Source of the DNA: the human T2T-CHM13v2.0 reference genome, Homo sapiens
Assembly (NCBI RefSeq): GCF_009914755.1
Contig: NC_060925.1
Strand: one strand, 5' to 3'
DNA: 64,000 bases
The notes under the pieces were generated by a model. It did not search any database, had not been told where the DNA came from, and saw only the letters and a program-made list of their open reading frames with translations. Position numbers and translations under genes: made by a program. Of this stretch, positions 13,878-30,345 are shown piece after piece. Numbering within the stretch: position 1 is the first letter of the stretch; each line of letters begins with the position of its first letter.

Positions 13878-14220
13878 CTATTTATAAGCATTTACTGAGC
13901 ACTCTTCAGTGTAGAGGACTGGGCTGGGTACAAGGGAGAAAACAAGAAGTGACCTCAGCCTCAGGACACTCACCATGTAGTAAGGGAGAAAAGTAATACA
14001 CAACTTTCTATAATCGAAAGTAGGAAGTGTTAAATCCCCACAGAGAGAGTCAGGTAAAATGCTGGGGAGTGTTGACGAGAGAGACATTCATTCTCTGGAG
14101 AGATCCAAGATTGCTCCGTGGAGCAGGTGGCATGAGAATTGGACTTTACAGGATGATGGGTTTGGGTCGAGTGGTTGTTAGCTGTGGGAAAGCACCAGGC
14201 AGAAGGAGCAGCATGAACCC
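13878..14220 (-). mobile_element. L2 3' fragment
   Basis: AAGCATTTACTGAGCAC...purine-rich L2-like body ending GGCAGAAGGAGCAGCATG. Confidence 0.6.
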
Positions 14221-16234
14221 AGCACTCGGACTCAGGATGGGCCACCCAGAGCCTGTGGTGGTCAGTCCCACCCTGGACCTCAGGTTTCCTGTGAGCAAGC
14301 AAAGGAACTCAGCCCTGCTCAACCTCATAGAAAAAGAGCTTGTTGGATATCCCAGTAGCTTACTGAGCAAGTGGGAAGGCTGCAGAACCAGGCTTGGGAA
14401 ACCTGCAGCTTCCAAGGAAAGCTGGTAGCCAGAACCACAGCCCAATTCGTGGCACAAGAAGCCTGCTCAGATCAATTCTGTTGCCACTGCCAGAAACTAG
14501 CTGGAGCCACCATTGCGCCTCCTACCACCACCGTCACCAGCGTTGGGAGCCCTGACCCTCCCTGCCTCTGTTTATCCTCTGCACAGACAGATTCAGTGTC
14601 TCAGGTGGAAGGAAGGAGAGCTGCGGGGCTTGTTGCCCCCGCCACACATTGCTCGGCCTCTGCTCAGACTGGGGTGCTCATGGCACTTGGCTAGGGAGGC
14701 ATGGAAGACAGACAGTGCCAGAGGCCCCACACTCTCTAACATGGGGAGAGGAAAGCTGCAAAGTGCCCAGGCCATTGTCTAATCCTTGCCTGGAAAAGCC
14801 AAAGACTTTCCAGCAGCTGACACAAAGGGCCCATCTTCAACCTAGATGGTGCTTTCTCCTTTGAAGTCCTGATGCAGAGTGGAATGGCTGAAAGTGACTT
14901 AACTTTTCTTTGTTCTGATGTGTTTCTAACCCCTGGGACTCTCAGTGCTTCCCTTTTCCTGGGAATTAGTTTGGGAAGCAGCTGGGGAGAGGACCAGAGA
15001 CAGAGACCTAGAGAGAGAGAGATGTGTCTTCTTCAGGGTTCCTGGTGGACCCCCCAACCTGGTCCTTACTATCTTTCTACCCTTCTTGCCCTTCTTTCTC
15101 CTTGATCCTTTGTCTCTTAGTCTACTGGCCTATGAACTGCTGAGCTATAGGATCTAGTCCTGTGCATGAGGGAATTTATAGCATGTCCAGTTCAACTCAG
15201 CCAGTATTTATTGACATCTATCTTTGGGAACACCTAAATTCACTGGAGTTGGCAGATCTTGTATTGAATTCTGTTGCAGTATTCAGAACTGCGTATCTAC
15301 ATCAGGGAGGCGTGTCCAATGGGATGATGAAGGTGTTTGCCCTTAGGCTGCCCCCAGTCTGTTGGAGGAAATGTTCAGGGGCCCCTTAAATTGGAAGGAA
15401 AATCCAAATCCAAACAAGGACAAATACCTAATGTCAAAAATGAACATGAGTCCTGGAGGAGCACGGAGTGGTGACGTAACAACATCTGAGGCCAATTAAG
15501 GACAGTTTCTTTGATAAAGTGTTTCTTGAGTTTATTATGAAGGAAGGAGGGAAGGGACAAATTATGAAGAGAGAGAGACTGTAGGCTAGAGCATTTATTT
15601 GCATCTTGGTCCTTGATCACCAGGCATGGGGTATTTCTTCCCTGATTTCCTGTGTTCTTTCACTTACTCAATTATTTATTCGTGCATGCTTTCCACAATT
15701 GTTGACTTTTATTAAACTTTTAATTCTGAGACATTGTAGATTTGCATGCAATTGTAAGAAACACCACAAAGGGATCCTGGATACCCTTTACCCAGCTTCC
15801 CCCAGTGTTAACATCTTGCAAAACTGTAGTACAATATCACTACCAGGATATTGGCCCGGCTGCTGTAAAGACACAGAACAGTCCTGTCACCACAGGGATC
15901 CCTCATGTCGCCCTTTTAAAGGCACGCCCACTTCTCTCCTGCCTCCACCCTTTCTTTGACTCCTGGCAACTACTAATATGTTTGCCATTTCTATACTTTT
16001 GCCATTTCAAGAATGTTATATGAATGGAATCATAGAGCATATTCCTTTTGGGAACAGTTATTTTTCACTTAGCATAATTCTGTGGAGATTCATCCAGGTG
16101 TGTGTATCAATAGTTCAGTTGTTTCTGTTGCTGAGTAATATTCTATGATATGGATGTACCATAGTTTGTTTAATCATTCATTATTGAAAGACATGGGTTG
16201 TCTCCAGTTTGGGGCTATTAAGAATAAGCTGATA

Positions 16235-16360
16235 AGCTGGGGATGGTGGCATGTGCCTGTAATCTCAACTAATCAGGAGGCTGATGGAGGAGGATCCCTT
16301 GAGCCCAGGAGTTCAAGACCAGTCTGGGCAACACAGCGAGACCCTCTCCAAAAAAAAAAA
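16235..16360 (+). mobile_element. FLAM monomer
   Basis: About 125-bp monomer with poly-A and degenerate TSD. Confidence 0.8.
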
Positions 16361-16765
16361 TAATAAAGCTAATATATTCATTCGTGTAGAGGTTTTTGTG
16401 TGAACATAACTCTTCATTTCTCTGAGATGTACAGTTGTTGGGTCACGTGTTAGTTGCAAGTTAATTTTTTTAAGAAACTGCCAAATCACTTTCCAAAGTG
16501 GGTGTACCATTTTACATTTCTACCAGCAATGTATGAATGATCCAGTTTCTCTGCATCTCACCAACATTTGGTGTTGTCATTGCTTTAAAATTGTAGCCAT
16601 TCTAATATGTATGTAGTAATAACTCCTCATGGTTTTAATTTGCATTTCTCTAATTGCTAATGATTTTGAATTTCTTTTCACGTGCTTATTTAGACATCTC
16701 TTTGGTGCTATATCTCTTCATGTCTTTTGCCTATTTCCTAATTGAATTGTTTGGTTTTTGGTGAG

Positions 16766-16927
16766 TTTTGTTTTGTTTTGTTTTGAGACAGAGTTTTGCT
16801 CTGTCATCTAGGCTGGAGTGCAGTGGTGCCATCACAGCTCACAACCTCAACCTCCTGGCCTCAAGCAATCCTCCCATCTTAGCCTCCCAAGTGCTGGGAT
16901 TACAGGAGTGAACCACTATGCCTGGCC
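16766..16927 (-). mobile_element. Alu monomer (FRAM/FAM-like)
   Basis: Single antisense arm, (TTTTG)n tail. Confidence 0.8.
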
Positions 16928-18582
16928 TGACTGTTGAGTTTTGATTGCTCTTTCTGTATTATAAGTGCTGGTTCTTTGCTGGATATGTGGTTGACAAATA
17001 TTTTCTCCTACTCTGTATGTCTTTTGTAACATTGTAACAGGGTCTTTTACAGAATGAAACATTTTAATTTTGAGGAAGTCTAATTTATCAATTTTTCCTT
17101 TTATGGATTGTGCTTTTGTTATCAAGTCTAAGAACTCTTTGCCAAAGATTTTTAAAATATTTTTTCCTCAAAGTTTTATATTTTTATGTTTCGCATTTAA
17201 ACACACAATCCATTTGGGTTAACTTTGGCATAAGGCCTGAGACTTAGATTTTTTTTTTTTTTTTTTTTTTTGGCTATGGATGTCCAATCACTCCAGCACC
17301 ATTTGTTGGAAAAGCTGTTTTTCCTTTATTAAATTACTTTTGCACCTTTGTCAAAAATCAGTTGGGCATATTTGTGTGGGTCTGTTTCTGGATTCTCTAT
17401 TCTGTTCCTTTCTGTTTGGAGAACTTCCTTTAGCTATTCTTTTAGAGTAGTCCTTCTGGCAACAAAGTCTCTTAGTTTCTCTTCATCTGAGAATGTTCTT
17501 GATTTCCCCTTTATTCCTGAAGAATATTTTTACTGGGTATAGGATTATGAGTTGACAGTTCTTTTTATTTTCCCCCCAGCACTTGAAAAATATTGTGCCA
17601 CTTCCTTCTGTCCTCCGTGGTTTCCAATGAGAAATCTACTGTCATTCGGACCCTTTCCACCTGTAGATTAAGGTTTCCTGTTTCTCTTCCTGCTTTCAAG
17701 ATTGTTTCTTTGTCTTTAACTCGCAGATGCTTAATTTGTGCTTTCTTTAGGTCTATCTTGTTTGGCATTTGCTCAGATTCTTGAATCTGTGGGTTTATGT
17801 CTCTTGCCAACTTTGCAAAGTTTTCAACTATTTTTTCTTGGAGTACTTTTTCAGCACCATCCTCTTTCTTTTCTCTTACCAGAACTTCAATAACACGAAA
17901 GTTAGATCTTTTGTTATAGTCCCACAGGCCCCTAAGAATCTGCTCTGCTTTTTGTTTTGGTCTATTTTCTTTCTGTTGTTCATATTGGTTAATTTCTATT
18001 GTTCTATCTTCCAGTTCACTGATTGTTCTCCTTAATTCTACTGTTGATCCCATCCACTGAGATCAACACTTCAGTTACTGTATTTTTCAGTTTAAAATTT
18101 TCCATTTGGTTCTTCTTTATAGCTTCTGTTCTTTGTTCTTCATTACCCCTGGGCTAGGGGTAGGAGTTCCAGCTCCCTACTTGGTTTCCAGGGGAACTGA
18201 GCTGAGGGTGGCTTATCTCTGGGTAATGATGAAAGTTCTGTCTCTCCACTAGGCCTCCTCTTATACCACACTGTGGGAAGCAGGAAGGGTGCCTTATTAC
18301 TGCTAGGTGGGGGTGGAAGTCCAGGCTCCGCATATGGGCTCCACTGATAATGAATGGCCTCATTACCAGGAGGAGGGGATGGAACTTTGGGCTTGCTACT
18401 CAGCCTTCTCTGACACCACCCTAGTGGGGTTGTTGGGCACTTCATCATGGCCTGGTGAAGGTGAACTCTAGGCTCCCCACTTGCCCTTCGCTGCCCTGGA
18501 TGAAAGTGGGAGCACAATTTTTCCTATGGCGTTTGGCTGGAGTGAACTATCTATCATCTAAAAGTTTGAACAACTATCATCA

Positions 18583-18921
<339 letters not shown>

Positions 18922-19056
18922 TGTTCTGTCTTTCTGGGCTGCCACTTTCCTGGCCTTTGGCTGGAGAAAGCAGGCTTTTGTTGAGGCTTCTTTTGTTTGC
19001 ACCCATTGGCATTTCTGGGTTGATGACTTCTTCAGCTCCAAGTCTGGAATTTATGA

Positions 19057-19485
<429 letters not shown>

Positions 19486-19543
19486 TAATGTCCAGGGTTT
19501 TTAGTTGTAAGTACAACTATTGGGAGGAATAAGGAAAAGTACT

Positions 19544-20118
19544 TGTATTAGGGTTCTTCAGAGAAACAGACCGATAAGATATAAAAATAGATACACGAGA
19601 GGGGATTTACTATGGGAATTGGCTCATGTGATTTTGGAGGCTGAGAAGTCCCATGATAGGCTGTCTGTAGGCTGAAGAACCAGGGAAGCCAGTAGCATGG
19701 CTCAGTCCAAGTCTAAAGGCCTCAGACCCAGGCAAGCCAATGATGTAGTTCTCAGCCCAAGGCCAAAGGCCTGAGAAACTGGGGGGAAGGGTGGTCTCTG
19801 GCGCAAATCCCAGAATCCAAAAGCCAGAGAACCTGGAGTTCTTGATGTCCAAGGGCAAGAGGAGAAAACTGTCCCAGCTCCAGGAGAGAGAGAGCAAATT
19901 CACTTTTTTGTTCTGCCTTTTTGTTCAGCCTGGACCCTTAGCGGATTAGATGGTGGCTGCCCACATTGGGTGAAGACAGATCTTCCTTACTCAGTCCACT
20001 GACTCAAATGCCAATCTCTTCTGGAAACACCATCACAGACATACCCAGAAATAATGTTTACTAGCTACCTGGGTATCCGTTAATCCAATCAAGCTGACAG
20101 CTAAAATTAACAATCACA
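19544..20118 (-). mobile_element. MLT2 (ERVL) solo LTR
   Basis: TGTATTAGGGTTCTTCAGAGAAACAGA...AAAATTAACAATCACA; TG..CA ends; perfect 5-bp TSD GTACT (19539-19543, 20119-20123). Confidence 0.9.
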
Positions 20119-20129
20119 GTACTCCAGCT

Positions 20130-22400
<2,271 letters not shown>

Positions 22401-23854
22401 AAAGGTCCAGGACAGGCCCAGAGGCCAAGGGGTGGGGAAATCCAACAAGGGAGCATGATTCTGCAGTGTCTGGTATCTCAGAGAGGTGGGCTTACGTGAG
22501 GAAGCCTGTCCTCGGGAATGGGAGAGTGGGAGAGCACTGGGGACCTAGTGAAAGAAAAGTGCTAAGGTCCAGTCCCAGCCTGGTCAACAGCCCCTGCCTG
22601 CTGATTGCAAAGCTGCTGGCTAGGAGCCAGGTCTATTACACCCTTCAACAAGCTAGACAGGATCCCAAGCAGACTGCTCTCCTTCTGAGATCCAATCACA
22701 CCCCACTCTCTGATCTTAACTGTCATCCTTGCTGCTCCCTGTTCCCCTAGTCTTTGGAGAGGCTACAGGAGGCTACTGTGTATACGGGATCCCTCAGCAT
22801 CCGCTGCCATAGCCCTGAGGGCTGGACCCAAGGCCTGGCATTGTGCAGCTCAGCCCATCTTCTGACTGTCCAGGTGTCTGAGTGGGGCCAACCATGGCGG
22901 CTCTACACCCTCTGGGGCTTGGCCCATTTGGTGATTTCTTAGCCTCCTCCCTGCCTGGCTGATTTCTTTGTGTGCCTCGGCTGGGCTCACGCTGCGTCAG
23001 GCTCGCCCGTGTTGGTATAATAGCCCTGATCGCTGTGCTTGTCGGAGAGGAGACAGCAGGGGCAAGGCCCCATCCAGGGCTCATCAGGCCCTGTACCCCA
23101 GCTGTGTTAATTGTCCAAGCCCTCCAACAAGCCAACCCTTTTTCCCATCTGCAATTAAGACAAAAAGCTCGTTATCTCTCCCGCTCCCATTATCTGTAGA
23201 CTCTGCTAAGGGGCTCTTTCTCAAGAGCAGCACCTGCAGAGGCCAACAGAGGTTGGCATTAACTCCTTCCCTGCTGGAGATAGGAATCTCTGAGTGGGTG
23301 AAGGAGGCAGCTGAAGCTGGTAGGAATGGCTCTGGGACAGAGGGTGGCACTTGGGGCCCTGGAATGGTTCTGTTACAAGCTTGCTGGGTGTCCTTGGGCA
23401 AACAATTGACCTTTTATGAGCCTTTGAAATCCTCTTTCTCCTTTCTTCCCAAGGAAGCCATGGAAATAAATAAGGAGCTGTTGAGGTTGCCAGCTCCCTG
23501 GAGTAACTGTGTAAACCTCCGGTCTTCTATTCTCATGGCCAATAGTGCTTCCACTGGTCAAAACTCAAGCCTCAAGATAAAGCATGTAAATAGCTTAAGA
23601 AGAGCAGTGCTGGTGCCTGGGGGAGAGGAGCCAGTCAGGACCTTCAGCTTCCCAGGGAAACTTGGATTGAGTAGAATGTAGCAATCTCACTTTGCAGCGT
23701 GTCCTTCAGCAAGTCACTTACTCTCTCTGTACTCCAACTTCGTCCTCTGAAAAATTAAAGAATCCAACTGGATCATCTCCAAGATCCTTTCCAATTGAGA
23801 AATTCCATCACCTGTGATGATTTTTCTGTACAATGCAATTTGGGAAGGACACTA

Positions 23855-24050
23855 GCATTTATGGAACCACTGATATGTGCCAGATCTTTCACATGTGTTG
23901 TTATTTCCACTTTAAGTGTAAGAACAATATCAAGTTCAGAGATGTGAAAGAAGTGGTCCAAGGTCAATCATCCAGTACCTGGAGGACTCTAGATTCAAAC
24001 CCACATTTATGAGACTGTAAAACCATTGCTCTTTTTCATGACACCATGTT
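23855..24050 (-). mobile_element. MIR
   Basis: GTTCAGAGATGTGAAAGAAGTGGTCCAAGGTCA...GATTCAAACCCA. Confidence 0.65.
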
Positions 24051-24088
24051 TTTAGGGACTGCCCATCTAATGGTTCCTTACAAGACAG

Positions 24089-24132
24089 AGCTGCATATAG
24101 AGGGGGAAATGTAACCTACTCTATATGCAGCT
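24089..24132. repeat. Perfect 14-bp inverted repeat with 16-nt spacer
   Basis: AGCTGCATATAGAG (24089-24102) and CTCTATATGCAGCT (24119-24132). Confidence 0.9.
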
Positions 24133-26201
24133 ATAAAAACAAAGAATCTGGATTCTAACCACTTAGATTCTCCAGAGTCATAATGTGTTAGGAAGGAGTG
24201 AATGAGAAAGAATTTTTTTGCCCCTCTGGTCTCCCATGTGACTGAGATTGCCTGAGATGTGTGTGCAGACTCTCAAAGAAAAAGTTGTATAATTGTCAGG
24301 CATTGGATCTTGTTTTCATCTTGGTAAACCAAATCCTGGAGATGGAATACAGCTGCTATCTCAGCAGCTGGTTCCAGCTTGTGATGTGCCTGTGTCCAGC
24401 AGAGCCCACGGCAGCCTTATGAAAGCCCTCCTGAGTCTGTTTCTAGAATCTCCTCTGAATCCATAAGAAACCGCCCAGAGCTTAGCCCATCAGCCCTGCT
24501 GACAGGCTGGGCCAGTCCAGATGCTCCACCAAGACCTGGATTCTGGCTCTTTCACTCAGTTCACTCATCTGCCCCTGAGTCATCCAGAGAAAGGGGTTTG
24601 GGGAGAGTCCGGAGCAGACAGCAAAGCAGGGAATCAAGGAAGCTCTTGACCAACTGGCAGGCAGCCCAAGTCCTGGCATCCCACGGGAGAGGAGAAGGGC
24701 CCCTGCCTTTCCAAACCAAAGGCTCACATGAGTGAAGGATGGGCCTGAAATCCTCACTCTGGAAGCAACTGACCAAGGTCCTCCCACCCAGCCCCAACCC
24801 CATGCACAACTAATAAGACAAATGCTTCCTGTCTTGAGTTCCCCATTCGGGTAGTTTTCGCAGGGGCCTGATCTTCTCCCCAGTCTCCCAAGCTTTGGGC
24901 AGGTCATTGGGCCCTCATCCCTGAAGTCAGGCACTGGGCTGGATCTATTCTGGTTTTAGGGTTCTGAACATGTGATGACTCATCTTCTGCTGAAGGGTTT
25001 TTCATGGAGTACTGAAAACCCTTAAAGCAGAACATTTCAGAGTGTGTTCTGTGACTTGCAAATTATTCTGTGAGAATACGATGATGGGGGAGGCACAGAA
25101 CTAGGTTTCTGTGGTCAGCTAAGTTGTGGAAATGCAGTAAGATCATCTGTCTTTTGGAATCTTGATCTACATGAACATAGGAAAGGCTCTGAGAAGCTCT
25201 TCATTCACAGACACACACACACACACAAATAGACAAATCGGACTTCAACAAAATTAAAAACATTTGTGCCTCAAAGGAAAATATTGAGAAAGTGAAAAGA
25301 CAACCCACAGATTAGGAAAAAAAATTTGCAAATCTTATATCTGATAAGGGTCTAGTATGTGGAAAATATAAAAAACTTCTACAATTTAACAATGACAAAA
25401 AAAACTGATTTTTTAAATGGGAAAATGACTTGAATAGACATTTCTTCAAAGAATATATATAAATGGACCACAAGCATATGAAAAGATGCTTAACATCACT
25501 AGTTATTAAGAAATGCAAATCAAAACCAAAAGGAGATACTACCTCACACCCAATAGGATGGCTGCTATCAAAAGCACAGAAAGTAACAAGCATTGGCGAT
25601 GATATGGAGAAATTGGAACAGAATCTGTGTGCAATATTGATAGGAATGTAAATTGGTGCAACAGCTATAGAAAGCAGTATGACAGTTCTTCAAAATATTA
25701 AAAATAGAATTGCCATATGATTCAGCAATTCCACGTCTCAGTAGACACCCAAAAGAATTTGCAAGCAGAATCTCAAAGAGATATTTGTACACTCATGTTC
25801 ATGGCAACATTATTCACCATAGCCAAAGGTAGAAGCAACCCATGTATCTGTTGACAGATGAATAGATAAACAAAATGTGGTATGCAATGAAATATTATTC
25901 AGCCTTACAGAGGAAGGAAATTCTCATATATGCTACAACATGGGTGAACCTTGATGAAATGCTAAGTGAAATAAACCAGCCACAGAAAGAGACAGTCTGT
26001 GATTTACTTCTCTGGGTTACCTAGGGTAGTCAGATTACTAGAGACAAAAAGTAAAACGGGGATTGCCAGGGCCGGGGGAGGGAGAAATGGAGAGTTATTT
26101 TTTAATGGGTACAGTTTAAGTTTTGCAACATGATAAGAGTTCTGAAGCTAGATGGTAGTGACAGTTGCACAAAACTTTGACTATACTTAATCAATACCAC
26201 C

Positions 26202-26660
26202 TGTATTAGCCTGCTTGGGCTGCCATAACAAAGTGCCACAGACTAGGTGGCTTAAACAACAGAAATTTATTTTCTCACAGTTCTGGAGTCTGGAAGTCCA
26301 AAATCAAGGGGCTCAGGTTGGTGCCTGGTGAGGTCTGTCTTCCTGGCTCACAGGTGGCTGCCTTCTCCCTGGGTCCTCACACAGCCTTTTCTCAGTGGGC
26401 AGGCACACATGGGGGTGGGAGAGGAAGGGAAGACAGAGAGCAGGGAGAGAAGGAGAGAGGGAGAGGGGGAGAGAGAGAGATCTTTGGTATCTTTTTCTCT
26501 TTTCACCCTATTGAATTAGGGCCCCACTGATATGATCTCATTTAACCTTAATTACCTCTTAAGACCCTATCTCCAAATATAACCACACTATAGGTTATGT
26601 GGGTTAGACCTTCAAAACACAAATTTGGAGGGTGTGAGATATACATTTCAGTTCATAGCA
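26202..26660 (-). mobile_element. MaLR solo LTR (MLT1A/B-like)
   Basis: TGTATTAGCCTGCTTGGGCTGCCATAACAAAG...TTCAGTTCATAGCA. Confidence 0.85.
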
Positions 26661-26703
26661 CCTCTGAACTGTGCATCTAAAACAGTTAAGATGGTAAGTT
26701 TTA

Positions 26704-27003
26704 GGCTGGGCACAGTAGCTCACGCCTGTAACCCCAGCACTTTGGGAGGCCAAGGCTCACTTGAGCCCAGGAATCTGAGACCAACTCTGGCAATATAGCA
26801 AGACCCGCCCCCTCATCTCTACAAAAAATACAAAAATTAGCCAGGCGTGGTGGTGCGCACCTGTAGTCCCAGCTACACAGGAAGCTGAGGTGGGAAGAAG
26901 GCTTGAGCATGGGAAATTGAGGCTGCAGTGAGCCACGGTTGTGCCACTGCACTCCTGCCTGGGCAACAGAGCAAAACCCTGTCTCAAAGAAAGAAAAACA
27001 AAG
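26704..27003 (+). mobile_element. AluJ SINE
   Basis: Full Alu; degenerate TSD AAGATGGTAAGTTTTA / AAGATGATAAGCTTTA. Confidence 0.92.
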
Positions 27004-27178
27004 ATGATAAGCTTTATGTTATGTGTAGTTTACCACATTAAAAAAAAAAACCAGAAACCTTTTATTTTTCAAATGATACTGTCAAGAAAGTGAATAACTC
27101 AACTCAAATAATGAGAAAACATATTTGTAAATCACATATCTGACAAGGGTCTAGTATCTAGAATACATGAAGAATGAT

Positions 27179-27484
<306 letters not shown>

Positions 27485-28118
27485 GAATGCTTAAAATTCA
27501 ACAATAAACTCAAATTAAAAGTAGGCAAAATATTTGAATAGATATTTATCCAAAGACAATACACAAATGGAAAATATGCACATGAAAATATGCTCAACAT
27601 CAATAATCATCAGGAAAAATGCAAATTGGAACATGAGATACCACTTCCCCACAACTAGGATGGCTAAAATAAAAAAGACAGGCAGTAACAAGTGTTGACA
27701 AGGATGTGGGGAAATTGGAACTCTCAGAGATTGTTAGTGGAAATGTAAAATGGCGCAGCAGCTTTGGAAAACAGTTTGGCAATTTCTCAAAAAGTTAAAC
27801 ATGGAGATGAGATACACTTGAGCCAGCAATTCCACTTCTAGGTATGTACTCAAGAGATATACTCAAGAGAGTTGAAGACATATGTACACAAATGTTCATA
27901 GCAGCAAAATTCATAATAGCCAAAAAAGTGGAAATAAGCTAATGAGTGATAAATGGATGAACAAAAATGTGATATATCATACAGTGGAATCTTATTCGGC
28001 TGTAAAAAGGAATGAGGTGCTGACACATGCTCCAACATGGATAAATCTTGAAAACATCTTGCTAAGTGAAAAAAGCCATACACAAAAGCCCACGTATTGT
28101 ATGATTTTATTCATATGA

Positions 28119-28424
28119 GTTTTTGTTTGTTTGTTTTTAAGAGATAGGGTCTTGCTCTGCTGCCCAGGCTGGAGTGCAGTGACACAATCATAGCTCACTG
28201 CAGCCTCAAACTCCTGGGCTCAAGCGATCCTCCCACCTCAGCTTCCTGAGTAGCTAGGACTACAGGTAGGTGCCACCACACCCAGCTGATTAATTTTTTT
28301 TTTTTTTTGTAGAGACAGAGTCTTGCTATGTTGCCCGGGCTGGTCTGAACTCCTAGCCTCAAGTGATCCTCCCACCTCAGCCTCCCAAAGTGCTGGGATT
28401 ACAGGTGTGAGCCACACACCCAGG
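28119..28424 (-). mobile_element. AluJ SINE (source of the candidate exon)
   Basis: Antisense Alu; TSD TATGAGTTTT at 28114-28123 and 28425-28434. Confidence 0.93.
28313..28423 (+). other. NAV1: Candidate 111-nt non-coding exon exonized from an antisense AluJ (left arm)
   Basis: Poly-T tract plus GTAG acceptor (AG 28311-28312) and CAG|GTATGA donor (28423/28424). Standard antisense-Alu exonization geometry, same strand as the downstream coding exon. Confidence 0.6.
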
Positions 28425-28513
28425 TATGAGTTTTGGCTAATCCACAGGGACAGAAAGTAAATTAGGGGTTGGTAGGGCTGGGGACAGGAAAAATAGGGAG
28501 TGACAACTATTAG

Positions 28514-28949
<436 letters not shown>

Positions 28950-29124
28950 TCATATCTCCATTTTTTAGAAAGAAATCTATTCAGCCCCACACTTCTCTAA
29001 CTTATTTGAATATGGAGCCTTTTTACCCCAGAGCACCCATTAACATGCAGCAGAAACAGAGTTAAAAATAGAGAACGGTTGAAAATTCCCATGTTACAGA
29101 TAGGGAAAGGAGAAGCAAATTGTC

Positions 29125-29250
29125 ATCTTTGCCTCAATTTCCTCATCCATAAAATGGGGATAGTAATATTTAGTACCGTGTAGGGAAATGTTAAATTAAG
29201 TTAATATGTGTAAAGCACTTAAGCTAATGCCTGCTCAGTAAATGTTGAAT
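29125..29250 (+). mobile_element. MIR
   Basis: GCCTCAATTTCCTCATCCATAAAATGGGGATAGTAATA. Confidence 0.75.
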
Positions 29251-29256
29251 AAAGTG

Positions 29257-30003
<747 letters not shown>

Positions 30004-30164
30004 TGAGGTAATCAGGTGAATGGTAAGCACCCAAGGCCATGCCACTAGTAAGCGATGGGGTAGGAAATGTAACCAGGGCCCTCTGATCTCAGCCTATCCC
30101 CTTCCAGGGTCCCACCCGCCTCTCAGTTCCATTCCAAAATCTCCCCAGCTAGGTAGTTCCTGCC

Positions 30165-30345
30165 TTACTTTTTTCCTTTTTTTGGCAGCTTTATCTAGGT
30201 ATAATTTACATGAAATGAAATTCAATGAGTTTTGACACATGTATACAGTCGTTTAACTACCATCACAATTATGATTTAGAACATTTCCTCTCTCCAGAAA
30301 GTTTCCATCAATCCTCTGCTTCCTGGTCCCTGGCAACCCCTGGCT
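30165..30345 (-). mobile_element. L1M 3' terminal fragment
   Basis: CAGCTTTATCTAGGTATAATTTACAT...CAATGAGTTTTGACACATG. Confidence 0.7.

Larger units (their letters stand above)
15700..17408 (-). mobile_element. Old L1M 3'UTR and ORF2 C-terminal fragment (interrupted by two Alu monomers)
   Basis: ATGGAATCATAGAGCAT..., CATTTCTACCAGCAATGTATGAATG, TCCAGCACCATTTGTTG L1 hallmarks. Confidence 0.85.
25228..27050 (+). mobile_element. L1M (L1MB-like) ORF2 end and 3'UTR, copy A (hosts an MLT1 LTR and an AluJ)
   Basis: TTTGCAAATCTTATATCTGATAAGGG, CCATATGATTCAGCAATTCCAC; poly-A at about 27039-27050. Confidence 0.85.

Noticed and set aside
17565-18053. 162-aa ORF as a host gene
   Set aside because: It is a decayed L1 ORF1p fragment inside a larger L1 fossil
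22968-23681. 237-aa ORF on the + strand
   Set aside because: Non-ATG start, no recognisable domain or splice framing; length is attainable by chance in GC-rich DNA
24089-24132. Hairpin as a pre-miRNA
   Set aside because: Stem is only about 14-17 bp and the flanks do not pair; too short for Drosha processing
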